Part shown: positions 48,224-57,513 of the stretch, in pieces
Layout of the letters: each line of letters opens with the position of its first letter
Numbering within the stretch: the stretch's first letter is position 1
DNA from: a virus
IMG/VR virus record: IMGVR_UViG_3300045241_000217
Coordinates: 1-64,000 of that record
Direction: 5' to 3' (one strand)
DNA length: 64,000 nt
The notes under the pieces: generated by a model
Seen by the model: the letters and a program-made list of their open reading frames with translations, nothing else
Databases searched by the model: none
What the model was told of the DNA's origin: nothing
Translations under genes and position numbers: made by a program

Positions 48224-48241
48224 GGGGCCCTGCGGCCAACA

Positions 48242-48778
48242 TCACCGATCGCCACGCGGGAGGGATCCGAGCAGAGCGCCGACGCGCTCTGCGCCAGGGC
48301 GAGGCGCTTCTTCCGGCTCGTCCTCGTCGGTCATCGCGAAACGAAGAGGCGGCTTGCTGGGATCGGTCTCGGAAAGCTCGAGGGCGTCCCACTCGGCGTC
48401 GCCCGTGAGGTGCGGTGCGTCGGCGAAGGCTCGCCCCTCCTCCGTGTTGTTCACGCGGAAGCGCCCACCCGACACCGGAGCCGGGAGCGTCTCTCCATCC
48501 ATCGTCACCTGCGCCGGTGCCTCGCGAACATCTCGACGAGGCGTCTGCTGCGGTCGGTTCTTGGACCGCACGCGCTCTAGGGCGTCGAGCCCGTAGACCT
48601 GCTCAAGCGCCTCCCTCATCGTCACCTGCGAGAGTCTCTCGTCGCTTGGAGGGAGGCGGAACCTTTCGGCCCACAGGAGCTTCACCACCTCCAGCGGGGG
48701 CATCGTCCGTTCCTCGAACGCCTTCGCCAGCATCTCCGGTGAGCGCGTCCCCGAAACGAAATCGAGCCTCGTGTTCAC
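48242..48778 (-). CDS. tail assembly chaperone, downstream (T-like) frame
   Basis: LWAERFRLPPSDERL motif; overlaps the chaperone ORF and precedes the tape measure; probably reached by frameshift. Confidence 0.6.
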   Translation of the reverse strand: MNTRLDFVSGTRSPEMLAKAFEERTMPPLEVVKLLWAERFRLPPSDERLSQVTMREALEQVYGLDALERVRSKNRPQQTPRRDVREAPAQVTMDGETLPAPVSGGRFRVNNTEEGRAFADAPHLTGDAEWDALELSETDPSKPPLRFAMTDEDEPEEAPRPGAERVGALLGSLPRGDR

Positions 48779-49157
48779 GGCACCTCCCGAACAACGAGAA
48801 GTAGGGCGTCATGTCGTACGAATGTTCTCCGTCCGGCGCATACCAGTCGGGCCTCGGGAACTCCTTGGAGAAGCGAATGGCCACGCTGAGGTACGTGAGC
48901 GCCTCGACCTTCCGCCCGCCCAACTGATCGAACGAGGCGCCGTCGGGGAGGATGTTGGCGCGGAGTTGTGTGATGCGCGTCTCTTCCGCGATGCTCGGGA
49001 CCTTGTAGTGGAAGCGGCCCACGTACTTGCGGCCGCGCTCTCCCACGACGTCGAGATCGATCATCTTGATCGGCGACACGTCCTCGTCCGCGTCCGTCTT
49101 TTTCTTCTCGCCCCGCGCTTGGAGCTCGCGCTCCGCATCTTCGATGGTGCTCGCCAT
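48603..49157 (-). CDS. tail assembly chaperone (G-like)
   Basis: Between tube and tape measure; Y.GRF.YKVPSI.EE..I...R ... PDWY pattern. Confidence 0.65.
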   Translation of the reverse strand: MASTIEDAERELQARGEKKKTDADEDVSPIKMIDLDVVGERGRKYVGRFHYKVPSIAEETRITQLRANILPDGASFDQLGGRKVEALTYLSVAIRFSKEFPRPDWYAPDGEHSYDMTPYFSLFGRCREHEARFRFGDALTGDAGEGVRGTDDAPAGGGEAPVGRKVPPPSKRRETLAGDDEGGA

Positions 49158-49266
49158 GCTCGTCTCCCTGTCAGCCCCGTGCCGACGTCAAGGCGTACCA
49201 CGTACTGGCGCCGAGAGCCGAGCGCGCTAAACCATCGACGCGCGCACGAGCGTGCAGGAGGAACGA

Positions 49267-49584
49267 GTGAACGATCTAGAGCGTGTCGCCCGCACGATCG
49301 CCGGGCTCTACAACAACGCGCGGGGCCCTGGCGTCTTCGGTCTCTTCGACACGAAGAAGATGTCGAGCGGTGAGGCGGTGTCGCTCGCGCGCAAGGCGAT
49401 GGCCTCGTCGAACGGGATCTACTTCGACTATCACAACGCGCGCGTGATGAAGGTTCGGGTCCGCGCCGACGGATCCGGGGAGGACGGCGATCTCTACGAT
49501 CGCGACAACGGCCACGGGGCCTACCGTCGCGCGATCGAGCAAGGCCTCGCCGATGCGGCGTACGACTTCACGGGCATCACGTGA
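49267..49584 (+). CDS. hypothetical protein (plus-strand insert)
   Basis: GTG after hairpin+AGGAGG; YFDY..ARVMKV...LYDRDNG.GA. Confidence 0.65.
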   Translation: MNDLERVARTIAGLYNNARGPGVFGLFDTKKMSSGEAVSLARKAMASSNGIYFDYHNARVMKVRVRADGSGEDGDLYDRDNGHGAYRRAIEQGLADAAYDFTGIT

Positions 49585-50016
49585 GCACCTGGAACGAGCC
49601 GCTCGACGAGCCACCGGAGCCCGACGCGTGGTCGGCGCACTCCGAATCGCAGTCGAACGCGTACGCCGCGACGCACCGCCGCACGCAGTGGGGGTGGCAC
49701 GGCGGAGTGACGCAAGGATGGGGGCGGCGCGCGGCGCGAGCGGGAGGCTTCAAGCGCAAGGCGCGTCGCCGCTTGGTGTCGCGGTGAGCCTCGTGCATTA
49801 CGCCCCTGCCGTCTCGCACGGCCAACTCCGCGATGGTCGCCACGTCGTTGTGGCGGTCACCCGATGCCGTCTCGTGGACGCTGCCCACGAGCACTTCAAC
49901 CGCGAGGAGCCCTCGCGCGCGACGTGCGCCGAGTGTCGGCACCACGACGGCTCGCTCGATCCGAACCTGTGGCGCGTGCACGTGACGATCGAGGGGATGC
50001 CCATGGGAGGTGGACG

Positions 50017-50331
50017 ATGAAGGACGACGAGAAGAGCGGGCAGACCGCGATGGACTTCGACGGCGGAACGATCGAGCCCGCGCTCGACGCACCACGCTTG
50101 GGCGCGCTGCTCACTGCGGTGCGGGACCTCATGCACGACGGGCGGTGGCGCACGTTCGCCGAGATCCAGTCCTCGATCGGGATGGGCAGCGAGGGTGGGA
50201 TCAGCGCGCGGCTGCGCGACCTGCGCAAGGAGCGATTCGGGAGCCACACGGTCGAGCGCCGACGTCGGGGCGTGCCGAGCGACGGTCTCTTCGAGTACCG
50301 GCTCAAGCCGCTTCCCGAGACAGCGGGGTGA
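50017..50331 (+). CDS. winged-helix DNA-binding protein
   Basis: LM.DGRWRT.AEI.......E.GISARLRDLRKERFG.H.VERRRR....FEYRL. Confidence 0.7.
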   Translation: MKDDEKSGQTAMDFDGGTIEPALDAPRLGALLTAVRDLMHDGRWRTFAEIQSSIGMGSEGGISARLRDLRKERFGSHTVERRRRGVPSDGLFEYRLKPLPETAG

Positions 50332-50657
50332 GCGGCGAGGCGCTCGCCATCGCTCGCCTCAAGGCGAGGTGCTCCTCGCTCAGCAAGGTCATCGCGGATC
50401 TCACCGCGAAGCTCTCGGTGGCCGAGCGAGCTCTCGCCGAGCGAGACGCACAGCCCGGACTGTCCGTGGACCGCACCGAGTGGGCTCGTCTCGTCGAGGT
50501 GGACCGCATGGCCGAGGAGTACGTCGCGCAGGCCGACAAGCGATGCGAGGTGCTCCGGCGCATCGTACGCACGCGGAACGAGGAGATCGCCTCGCTCAAG
50601 GAGCAGCTACGTGGGGCGGGTGTGGCCGTCGAGCAGGACGGCCCGCTCACCGACTGA
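50328..50657 (+). CDS. coiled-coil hypothetical protein
   Basis: GTG overlapping the upstream TGA; heptad pattern. Confidence 0.55.
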   Translation: MSGEALAIARLKARCSSLSKVIADLTAKLSVAERALAERDAQPGLSVDRTEWARLVEVDRMAEEYVAQADKRCEVLRRIVRTRNEEIASLKEQLRGAGVAVEQDGPLTD

Positions 50658-50660
50658 TCG

Positions 50661-51101
50661 CTAGCTGACTTCGCTCTCGTCCAGGATGGCGATGCAGTTG
50701 AACTCGAGGTCCGTGAGCACGATGCCGCGCGCACCGGTCTGGATCTGGTAGCTCACGCACTTCACCCGCTGGATGGTCGCGAGCAGAATCCCCGTCGTCG
50801 GGTCCTCCACCGTGCCCGTCATCTCACCGCGGGTGAGGATGTCGCGCAGACGCGGGAAGATGACGATGCCGTCCCGGTTCTTCACGCTGTTGCCGATGAC
50901 GCGGCACATCTGCGCGCTGAAGCTCGCGTCGTAGTCGATCGGCACGTTCTCGGCTGCCTCGAACTGGTCGAGGGGCTTCACGGGCGCGTGCTCGATGCGC
51001 TCGCCGTAGTTGCAGTTCATGGCCAGCGCGACCTTCACGCCGTCGAGGGAGAGCCGCGTGCGGGCGCCGGACTGGATCAGATTGCGGAAGGGGTTGGCCA
51101 T
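50661..51101 (-). CDS. tail tube protein
   Basis: 146 aa downstream of the sheath; SGAR..L..DG.KV...NYG beta-rich pattern. Confidence 0.8.
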   Translation of the reverse strand: MANPFRNLIQSGARTRLSLDGVKVALAMNCNYGERIEHAPVKPLDQFEAAENVPIDYDASFSAQMCRVIGNSVKNRDGIVIFPRLRDILTRGEMTGTVEDPTTGILLATIQRVKCVSYQIQTGARGIVLTDLEFNCIAILDESEVS

Positions 51102-51116
51102 GGCAGTTCTTCTCTC

Positions 51117-51710
51117 TCAGGCCGCAGCCTTGTCCTGGGCCTTGCGAACACGGGCGTACAGCGTGAAGTAGTTGATCCCCGTCGCGACCGACGCGTCCTT
51201 GATGGATGCGTACGTGACTCCTTCGAGTGTCACGGGGACCTTCGGTTTCCCGGAGCGGCGTTTCTCTGGCGACAGTGCAACACGCGGCTCCTGCCGAAGC
51301 ACCCTGAGTCGGTGGTCGAGTGTGTTGTGATGGATGCCCGTCTCGGCAGACCAGTCCGCGATCGTCATTCGGCGACCGTCGTGCTCAACCCACACATTCC
51401 GCCGCGTGTTTCGTTTGTTCTGGGCCCTGGTGGCCCACCGAACGTTGCCAGGCTCGTAGCCCTTGCTGTTGTCGATGCGGTCGATCTCGTGAAGTGGACT
51501 TGGGCGCTTGCCCACCTCTGCGACGAAGGACGCTGGATCGACGAGCCATCCTTGGTGCACATCGATCCCGCGTCCGCCGTAATCCTTGAAGGAAGGATGG
51601 CTTGCCTGCCGGCAGCGATTGGTGATGTAGCGGAGCACGCGATACTCCACTGTCCGTGAGAGGCCGTGCCTCCGGATCGGTCGGCCAAGCGTGTCGAGTC
51701 GCTCGCTCAC
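51117..51710 (-). CDS. HNH-type homing endonuclease
   Basis: HGLS.T.EY......RC......F.DYGGRGI.V...W...F...G.RP....IDRIDN..GYEPGNVRWAT...N.RN. Confidence 0.88.
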   Translation of the reverse strand: MSERLDTLGRPIRRHGLSRTVEYRVLRYITNRCRQASHPSFKDYGGRGIDVHQGWLVDPASFVAEVGKRPSPLHEIDRIDNSKGYEPGNVRWATRAQNKRNTRRNVWVEHDGRRMTIADWSAETGIHHNTLDHRLRVLRQEPRVALSPEKRRSGKPKVPVTLEGVTYASIKDASVATGINYFTLYARVRKAQDKAAA

Positions 51711-53974
51711 GCCGCTGCCCGAGCAATGAACAAGTGGGCCGTCACCAAGATGAACGAAATAGGCGTCACGGGTGCCCACTCGACGCTGACCGGGAACGCG
51801 TCGCCGATCTGCTCGATGACCAGCGTCTCGGGGCGGTACGAGAACAGGATGCCGTCGAGCACGAGCTCCTCGAGCACACCGAGCGCGAGGCTCTTGAGCA
51901 CGCCGACGCTGCCACGGATGCCCGCAGTGCCGACCTTGCGCTCCATGCGGCGCCGGAACTCGAAGATCGCCGTGTCGTCGGCGGCGTTCGCGCTCACCTC
52001 GCCGAACACCACGTTGTCGTCCTGCGTGTAGGTGGTGATCGAGCGGATCCAGCGGATGCCGATGCCGTCCACCTTCTCGGCGATCATGAGACCCGCACGG
52101 ATGAGCGAGTCCTGGTCGTTCTCGACGTCCCACGTACTGTCGTTGCGGATGTCGAGCACGTTGATGAGCTTGTGCGTCAGCGGCTCGCCCACCGGAGCGC
52201 CGGCCTGCTGACCCGCCGCGATCGCGTCGAACATGTAGGGCGGGTACCAGGTGGCCTCGCCCGTGAGGGGGTCGAAGCGCTGGCACTCCTGGGCCACGCC
52301 CGAGAGGTGGCGCGTGTTGAGCGCCTGGAGCTGCGTGCGAATGTTCGCCTGCGTCTCACCCGTGCCATCCACCTTGCCGAACGCGACGTAGCCGTTGGCC
52401 TCGCTGCGGCCCTGGCCGGCGCGCCATACGAGGTGCGTGCGGAGGAGCGCCTCGATGGCGGGGTCGCGCGAGAGCACCACGATCTGCGTGACGCGGCGCT
52501 TCTTGAGCAGGTCGAGCGCGGCCTGCCACTGGTTGATCGTGACCACGCCCTCGATGCCGCCCGAGAGGTACACGTCGCTCGCGGTGTTGGCCGGCACGAG
52601 CGAGGCGCCGGCGTGTCGCGCCGCGCGCACCATCGCCGAGCCGTTGTTGAGAGCCTCGATGAAGCGCTCGAGATCGTCGGAGAACGTGGCGGTCGTGAGG
52701 AGCGAGACGGCCGTCGAGTAGTCGAGGGTCGAGACGAGTTCGGTACCGGCATCCACCGCGAGCGCCGTGGCGGTGAAGCCCGCGAGCGCGTTGAGGCGAT
52801 CGACGAGCCGCTGCACGGTCTTGAACGTGGCGGTGGCTGCGCTCACCGCGCGAGCCGCGACGGTGATGGTGCGCGCACCGGCGATGTCGCCCAGGCACAG
52901 CACGCTCAGCGTGCGGAAGTTGTCCGCGCTCACGACGGGCGTGGTGCCGGCCGTCATGTCGAAGCGGTCGCCGATGATCGCGCCGGTCGTGCTGAGTCCG
53001 AACACCGCGACGTCGTTGGCGGCGTTCACGTCGATCGACACGGCGATGGTCGTGTCGGCCACCGGCGAGTTCGTGAGGAGCACCACGCCGCGCGTGAGAA
53101 CCGCGGGGGCGAGCGAGAAGAGCGTCGTGGGGATCACGCTGTCGGTGACCAGCACGGTGCCCACGGCCGCCGCGCTCATCACGGTGCCGAGCACCTTGCT
53201 GAAGGACTGCGTTCCCTGCACGGGCGTGACGCCGTTCAGCACCTTGGTCTCGCTCACGGGGGTCGTGCCCGAGAGCCCGTAGACCGTGACGCTCTGCGTG
53301 GTGTCGCCCGCGTTGCTCGAGACGTAGCGGAGCGCGCCGGGCGCCGGGATGTTGGCGGTGCGCTGAGCCACCAGGCCGGTGGCGGTCTTCGTCGCGTCCA
53401 CGATGAAGGCCGTGCTCGTCACGCGTGCGAGAGCCGTCGTGTAGCCGCCGGTGCTCGGGGTGTAGAGCGCGCTGAACGCGGGGAGCCCGCCCACATCGTC
53501 GAACGTCTCGACGACGTCCTCGAAGGTGATGGTGATGAGCTTGCCGCGGTCGGTGCCGGCAGCGACCGACAGGTTGATCTGCGAGGTGAAGAGCCCGTAG
53601 TCCACGCTCGTGAGATCCACCGAGGGTGCCGCGAGCGCGTCGGCGAGCGTCGCGATGCTCTGCGTGGCCGGGTTCACCTTCACCGGCACGATCATCTGCG
53701 CGCCACCCGGCACGGCCTCGTCGAGAGACGGGTCGAACGCGAAGAGCGAAGCCGTGCGCAGGTCGCCCGAGCGGTACTGCTTCTGCGCCTTCTGCGGGTT
53801 CGAGAGATCGTAGGTCTTGTCCACCGTGAGGGGGACGCCGCCCTCGGCGGTGCCGACGAGCGCCACGATGCCGGTGCTGGAGATGCTCGTGCTCTGGAGC
53901 TGCGAGGCGTCGATGACCGAGTACGCACCGGGGACGACGATGTTGCGGCCGCCGAAGTACACGCTGGAGGGCAT
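51707..53974 (-). CDS. contractile tail sheath protein
   Basis: YFGGR.IVVPGAYS.ID, VALVGTAEGG.P, VKVNPATQS, LSGGIEG, GEPLTHK, RSITTY, PISFILVT. Confidence 0.92.
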   Translation of the reverse strand: MPSSVYFGGRNIVVPGAYSVIDASQLQSTSISSTGIVALVGTAEGGVPLTVDKTYDLSNPQKAQKQYRSGDLRTASLFAFDPSLDEAVPGGAQMIVPVKVNPATQSIATLADALAAPSVDLTSVDYGLFTSQINLSVAAGTDRGKLITITFEDVVETFDDVGGLPAFSALYTPSTGGYTTALARVTSTAFIVDATKTATGLVAQRTANIPAPGALRYVSSNAGDTTQSVTVYGLSGTTPVSETKVLNGVTPVQGTQSFSKVLGTVMSAAAVGTVLVTDSVIPTTLFSLAPAVLTRGVVLLTNSPVADTTIAVSIDVNAANDVAVFGLSTTGAIIGDRFDMTAGTTPVVSADNFRTLSVLCLGDIAGARTITVAARAVSAATATFKTVQRLVDRLNALAGFTATALAVDAGTELVSTLDYSTAVSLLTTATFSDDLERFIEALNNGSAMVRAARHAGASLVPANTASDVYLSGGIEGVVTINQWQAALDLLKKRRVTQIVVLSRDPAIEALLRTHLVWRAGQGRSEANGYVAFGKVDGTGETQANIRTQLQALNTRHLSGVAQECQRFDPLTGEATWYPPYMFDAIAAGQQAGAPVGEPLTHKLINVLDIRNDSTWDVENDQDSLIRAGLMIAEKVDGIGIRWIRSITTYTQDDNVVFGEVSANAADDTAIFEFRRRMERKVGTAGIRGSVGVLKSLALGVLEELVLDGILFSYRPETLVIEQIGDAFPVSVEWAPVTPISFILVTAHLFIARAAA

Positions 53975-54000
53975 CGCGATGGTTCCTTCTGGCCCCCAGA

Positions 54001-54037
54001 AACGAAAAAGGCGCCCCGGCTTTCGCCGAGAGCGCCT
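54001..54037 (-). terminator. intrinsic terminator
   Basis: Minus strand AGGCGCTCTCGGC-GAAA-GCCGGGGCGCC followed by TTTTTCGTT. Confidence 0.75.
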
Positions 54038-54195
54038 CAGTGCCCACGATCGTGAGCGGGCCTACGTGACCAGACTTTGCGCCGTGCGGGGCGGTACGGT
54101 CAAGCCACGCGCTCGCGTGCTACGAATAGGTCGGCCCGCGACGCTATCAACGTCAGCGGGCCGCGCCCCATAGCCTCCTCGAAAGGCTCCGAGAC

Positions 54196-54732
54196 ATGTC
54201 GAAAGTAGCACGCCGAATCGCGGCGACACACCTTGCCGATCGTCTGTGGGCAAAGGTCGATCGCGACGGTCCGCTTCACCCTCGGCTCGGCACGCGGTGC
54301 TGGCTATGGCGTGGTGGGATTACGCGTGGTCACGGCGGGCGTGGGTATGGACAGGTGCGCGTCCCCAACGAGGGGTCTACTGGACCATCGCGGATGCTCG
54401 CCCATCGGCTCGCTTGGATCTTGACGAACGGCGACCCGCCCACCGACAAGCCCAACGTCCTGCATCGCTGCGACAACCGCGCGTGCTGCAATCCGGACCA
54501 CCTTTTCGTGGGAACGCAGAAGCAAAATATTCACGACGCCGTTGGCAAGAGCAGACACCCGCACGGAGCGACGCACGGCATGGTGCGACTGACGGAGGAA
54601 CTGGTGCGCGCGGTCTTTTCGGCGATCGGAACGGACACGGAGATCGGACTTCGCTTCGGAATCTCCAGGACACACGCAAGCCAGATCCGACTGGGCAAGA
54701 GGTGGCGTCACCTCGGATTGGTGTCGGCCTAA
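54196..54732 (+). CDS. HNH homing endonuclease
   Basis: WAKVD...CWLWRG...GYG...AHRLAW...VLHRCDNRACCNPDHLFVGTQKQNIHD. Confidence 0.9.
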   Translation: MSKVARRIAATHLADRLWAKVDRDGPLHPRLGTRCWLWRGGITRGHGGRGYGQVRVPNEGSTGPSRMLAHRLAWILTNGDPPTDKPNVLHRCDNRACCNPDHLFVGTQKQNIHDAVGKSRHPHGATHGMVRLTEELVRAVFSAIGTDTEIGLRFGISRTHASQIRLGKRWRHLGLVSA

Positions 54733-55319
54733 GCGTCGAGGCTGCGCGCGATCCGGCGGAGCACGCGTGCGGCGACCCTGCGCGTCGCCATGAGCGCCAG
54801 GCGAGGGAGGCTTGCGTCGGCCGCTTCACGCACCGCGTCTCGCCGCTCCTCCTTGCGAAGCCACGCGGTCTGGTTCGCCACCGGGCAGTGCGAGAGGTGC
54901 AGGCCGATGCCGCCGCACTCCTCGCAGAAGCTGATGGGCGTCGGGTCGTGCGAGACGGGCGGAGGCGGCGGGATGATCCCCAGGGGATCCCCGTCGAGCA
55001 TGTCGAACTCGGAGTCCGTCGGCTCCCCGTTCATCGCTCGACGAGCATGAAGGCCGCGAGCTCGGCCTTCCATCCCGCGGCGGTGAGCTTGCGCGTCACG
55101 CCCTTGAGCTTCTCGCAGTGCACGAACGCCGCGACCGTGGCCTCCTTGCGGTGGGCGAACGCGCGCTCGACCGTGATCTCCGGCTCGGTGCTGGGGTGCT
55201 CGGTGACCGGCGGTGCGTCGTCCGCTTCGGGCGGAGCGGGGAGCGTGGGCGCCAGGCTCGGGCTCGCAGGCTCGTCGAGCACCGGCGTGCCGATGGTCTC
55301 CGGCTCGGTCGTGTCGGAA

Positions 55320-56150
55320 TCAGTCGTCATCGTCGTTGGTCGCTTGGTCGCCATGCACCCGAGCATGAACGCCTCCGCGGAGACCGTCCACCACCACGTC
55401 GTCGGAGTAGATGCCGCCCAGGACGAGACGATCGGCCGACCGGTACGTCTGGAGGATCGGCACCGTCTGCATGACCTTGCCGCGCACGGTGAGTTGCCGA
55501 ACGAACGCGAGATCCGGTAGCTGATACTCCGACGGGTTCAGCTCCGCTCCCGAGAACGCGATGTCAGAGATCCCGGAGCGCTCGAGATAGCCGCGGGCGC
55601 CCACGAGGCAGAGCTTCGCGAAGTGGTAGAGGTACAGGCACTGGTCAGGGTTCTCGGCGAGCGTCATCACGCTCCACGTGCAGTCCCAGATCCCGCCCTC
55701 GTAGATCGCATCCTCGCCGCCGGGCGGGCGCTCGCCGTGCTGCGTCTCGTGCACGTACCTGCCGATCGGGGTCTCGCCCTCGCCCTCCTCGGCGAGCGTG
55801 ATCGAGAAGATGGGCCAACTGTTCGCCGTCCTCGGGTACCCCAGGACGACTTTCGGCTGCGTCTCCTGGAAGTCCTTCACCCACGAGTCGCGCTCGCTGG
55901 TGTCGGCGATCGATGGATCGAAGAAGTGCGAGAAGAAGCGAACGCACTCCGACACGTTCGCCTTCGCGCTGAGCCGATCGATCTCCGAGAGCAGCACGGC
56001 GCGGAGCAGTCGCTCGGGGAGCACGATGGCCGTCTTGAGCTCGGCGCTCTGCGGACCGTCCACGAAGCCCTCGAAGCGAGGATCGGTCGCGCCCTCAGTG
56101 CCGCCCAGGTTGCGCTGGAGACGTCTCTTGCGCGAGGGCACGGTCGTCAT
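55320..56150 (-). CDS. tail terminator / completion protein (putative)
   Basis: V.LGYPR....P..SITLAEE.E ... YLY...K ... F.R.LT pattern; upstream of the sheath. Confidence 0.6.
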   Translation of the reverse strand: MTTVPSRKRRLQRNLGGTEGATDPRFEGFVDGPQSAELKTAIVLPERLLRAVLLSEIDRLSAKANVSECVRFFSHFFDPSIADTSERDSWVKDFQETQPKVVLGYPRTANSWPIFSITLAEEGEGETPIGRYVHETQHGERPPGGEDAIYEGGIWDCTWSVMTLAENPDQCLYLYHFAKLCLVGARGYLERSGISDIAFSGAELNPSEYQLPDLAFVRQLTVRGKVMQTVPILQTYRSADRLVLGGIYSDDVVVDGLRGGVHARVHGDQATNDDDD

Positions 56151-56656
56151 CGGTAGTCGCCTCGCGAACGGAGGATCGTGTCGCGAGCGAGGCATGAGGC
56201 GCACGTGCGGTCCTTCGGGGTCGCGCACGAGCACGGAGCCATGGCTCTGTTCTTCACACCCTTGAAGTTCATCGTCGCCAGCACGTCATCCGCCGCAGCG
56301 AACGCGAGTGCCTGACACGCGCCGCAGATCGGGAAGCACGAGCCGCCGCATTCCGCGAGAGCCGTCTCACGGTCGCGCATCTGCTGCGGCGAGAGCAGCT
56401 CGGTGCGCGGTGGTCGCGGGTTCTCCATGTCGTGCTTGAGCAGACGCAGCCCGCGCTCGAACGTCTCGGGCGTGAGCGGCGGACTCGACGCGTAGCGGTG
56501 GCCGTCGGTGTGGAGCGTGGTCTCGATCCCGCTGAGGGTGGCGTCCACGCTCTTGCACACGGCCTCGATCTGCCGGTCGCGCTCGTGCGGCGTGTTGCTC
56601 CCCACCAGCAAGAGAGCCCGGCCCGTCTTGGTAACGCGCACGCCCTTGGTCTTCAT
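56147..56656 (-). CDS. hypothetical Cys-rich protein
   Basis: ATG MKTKGV with GGAGG RBS; CxxC pairs. Confidence 0.5.
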   Translation of the reverse strand: MKTKGVRVTKTGRALLLVGSNTPHERDRQIEAVCKSVDATLSGIETTLHTDGHRYASSPPLTPETFERGLRLLKHDMENPRPPRTELLSPQQMRDRETALAECGGSCFPICGACQALAFAAADDVLATMNFKGVKNRAMAPCSCATPKDRTCASCLARDTILRSRGDYR

Positions 56657-57441
56657 CGCGATCCTCCCTGCGACATCTGGATGAGCTCCATCGCGATCTT
56701 CTCCATCCGCTTCTGCGTCTCTTGCGCGAGGTGTCTCGCTTGGATCCCGGGGTGCTGCCACGCTCGAGCGTCGGAGCGTAGCGAGATCCGGCGGAACGTG
56801 TGATAGCCGCTCGTCTTGAGCCCGCGCGCGGTCGGCTGCGCCTTGCGGATCATGCCCTCGTAGATGGAGGCGGTGTGCCAGTCCTTCACCTTCGTGTTGA
56901 GGATCGCCTTGGCCTCGGCGCCCATCTTCATCCCCGGGTGCAGACGCTGCCCCCACACGGTCGTCCCCAGCCCCGAGCCAGCCACAGCCGCCCCTGGACG
57001 CGTCACGGTGGGAGCCAGGCGCTTGGCGACGTTGGCGATGGCCGTGGGCATGGCGGGGCCCACGTTGCGCCCTCCGGTGCCGGGGGTGCCGTGCCGGAAG
57101 GGGACCGTCACGTACGGGCCGTTCTTGCCGTACTTCACGGCGTTCCCGGTGAGCATCCAGAGGCGCATGTCGCCGCCCGCCCAGCCCTGCTCGACCATGT
57201 TCGGGACACGGCCCTGGAGCGTGATGCTCACCACGCCGTCGCCCGACTCGGGAGGCTGGAGGCCCGCGACGTAGTCTCGCGAGCTGCTCTTGAGCTTCTC
57301 GAGCGCGAGCGAGCGCCAGGTCGCGAAGGCGGCCGCCCCCACCCCGCGGAGCACGCGCTGGCGGTCGGCGCTCTGCGGGAGCGCGGCGAGGAGCCCGGCT
57401 CGCAGCGGGGTGAGGTTCACGCTGATGAGCTTCGCTCCCAC
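56653..57441 (-). CDS. neck / tail-completion protein (putative)
   Basis: NMVEQG...DM, YVTVPFRHGTPG, SIYEGMIR, Y.TFRRIS..SD..AW.HPG. Confidence 0.7.
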   Translation of the reverse strand: MGAKLISVNLTPLRAGLLAALPQSADRQRVLRGVGAAAFATWRSLALEKLKSSSRDYVAGLQPPESGDGVVSITLQGRVPNMVEQGWAGGDMRLWMLTGNAVKYGKNGPYVTVPFRHGTPGTGGRNVGPAMPTAIANVAKRLAPTVTRPGAAVAGSGLGTTVWGQRLHPGMKMGAEAKAILNTKVKDWHTASIYEGMIRKAQPTARGLKTSGYHTFRRISLRSDARAWQHPGIQARHLAQETQKRMEKIAMELIQMSQGGSR

Positions 57442-57513
57442 CGAGAGAGCCTAGCGCATCGGCGCCCCGCGCTTCATGTTGCGCTCGTTGGCCAGAGCCA
57501 GCAGGAAGATGAG

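Noticed and set aside
47745-48230. Canonical CRISPR array
   Set aside because: No identical 23-47-nt direct repeats with spacers, and no cas1/cas2; only a ~10-nt shared end motif
47736-48580. Short ORFs on both strands over the pentamer arrays (47749..48138, 47753..47965, 47939..48223, 48092..48580 etc.)
   Set aside because: Low-complexity Arg/Ala/Gly/Cys translations with no RBS; a 5-nt periodicity is not explained by codon structure
32221-53974. Extracellular contractile injection system or tailocin rather than phage
   Set aside because: Head-completion/neck genes, a replication helicase, a TerS-like gene and many phage early genes are present
51656-54055. Long plus-strand ORFs (51656..54055, 39853..41508, 43144..44418, 22733..24067, 10006..11220 and similar)
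   Set aside because: Antisense shadows of well-supported minus-strand genes, expected in high-GC DNA
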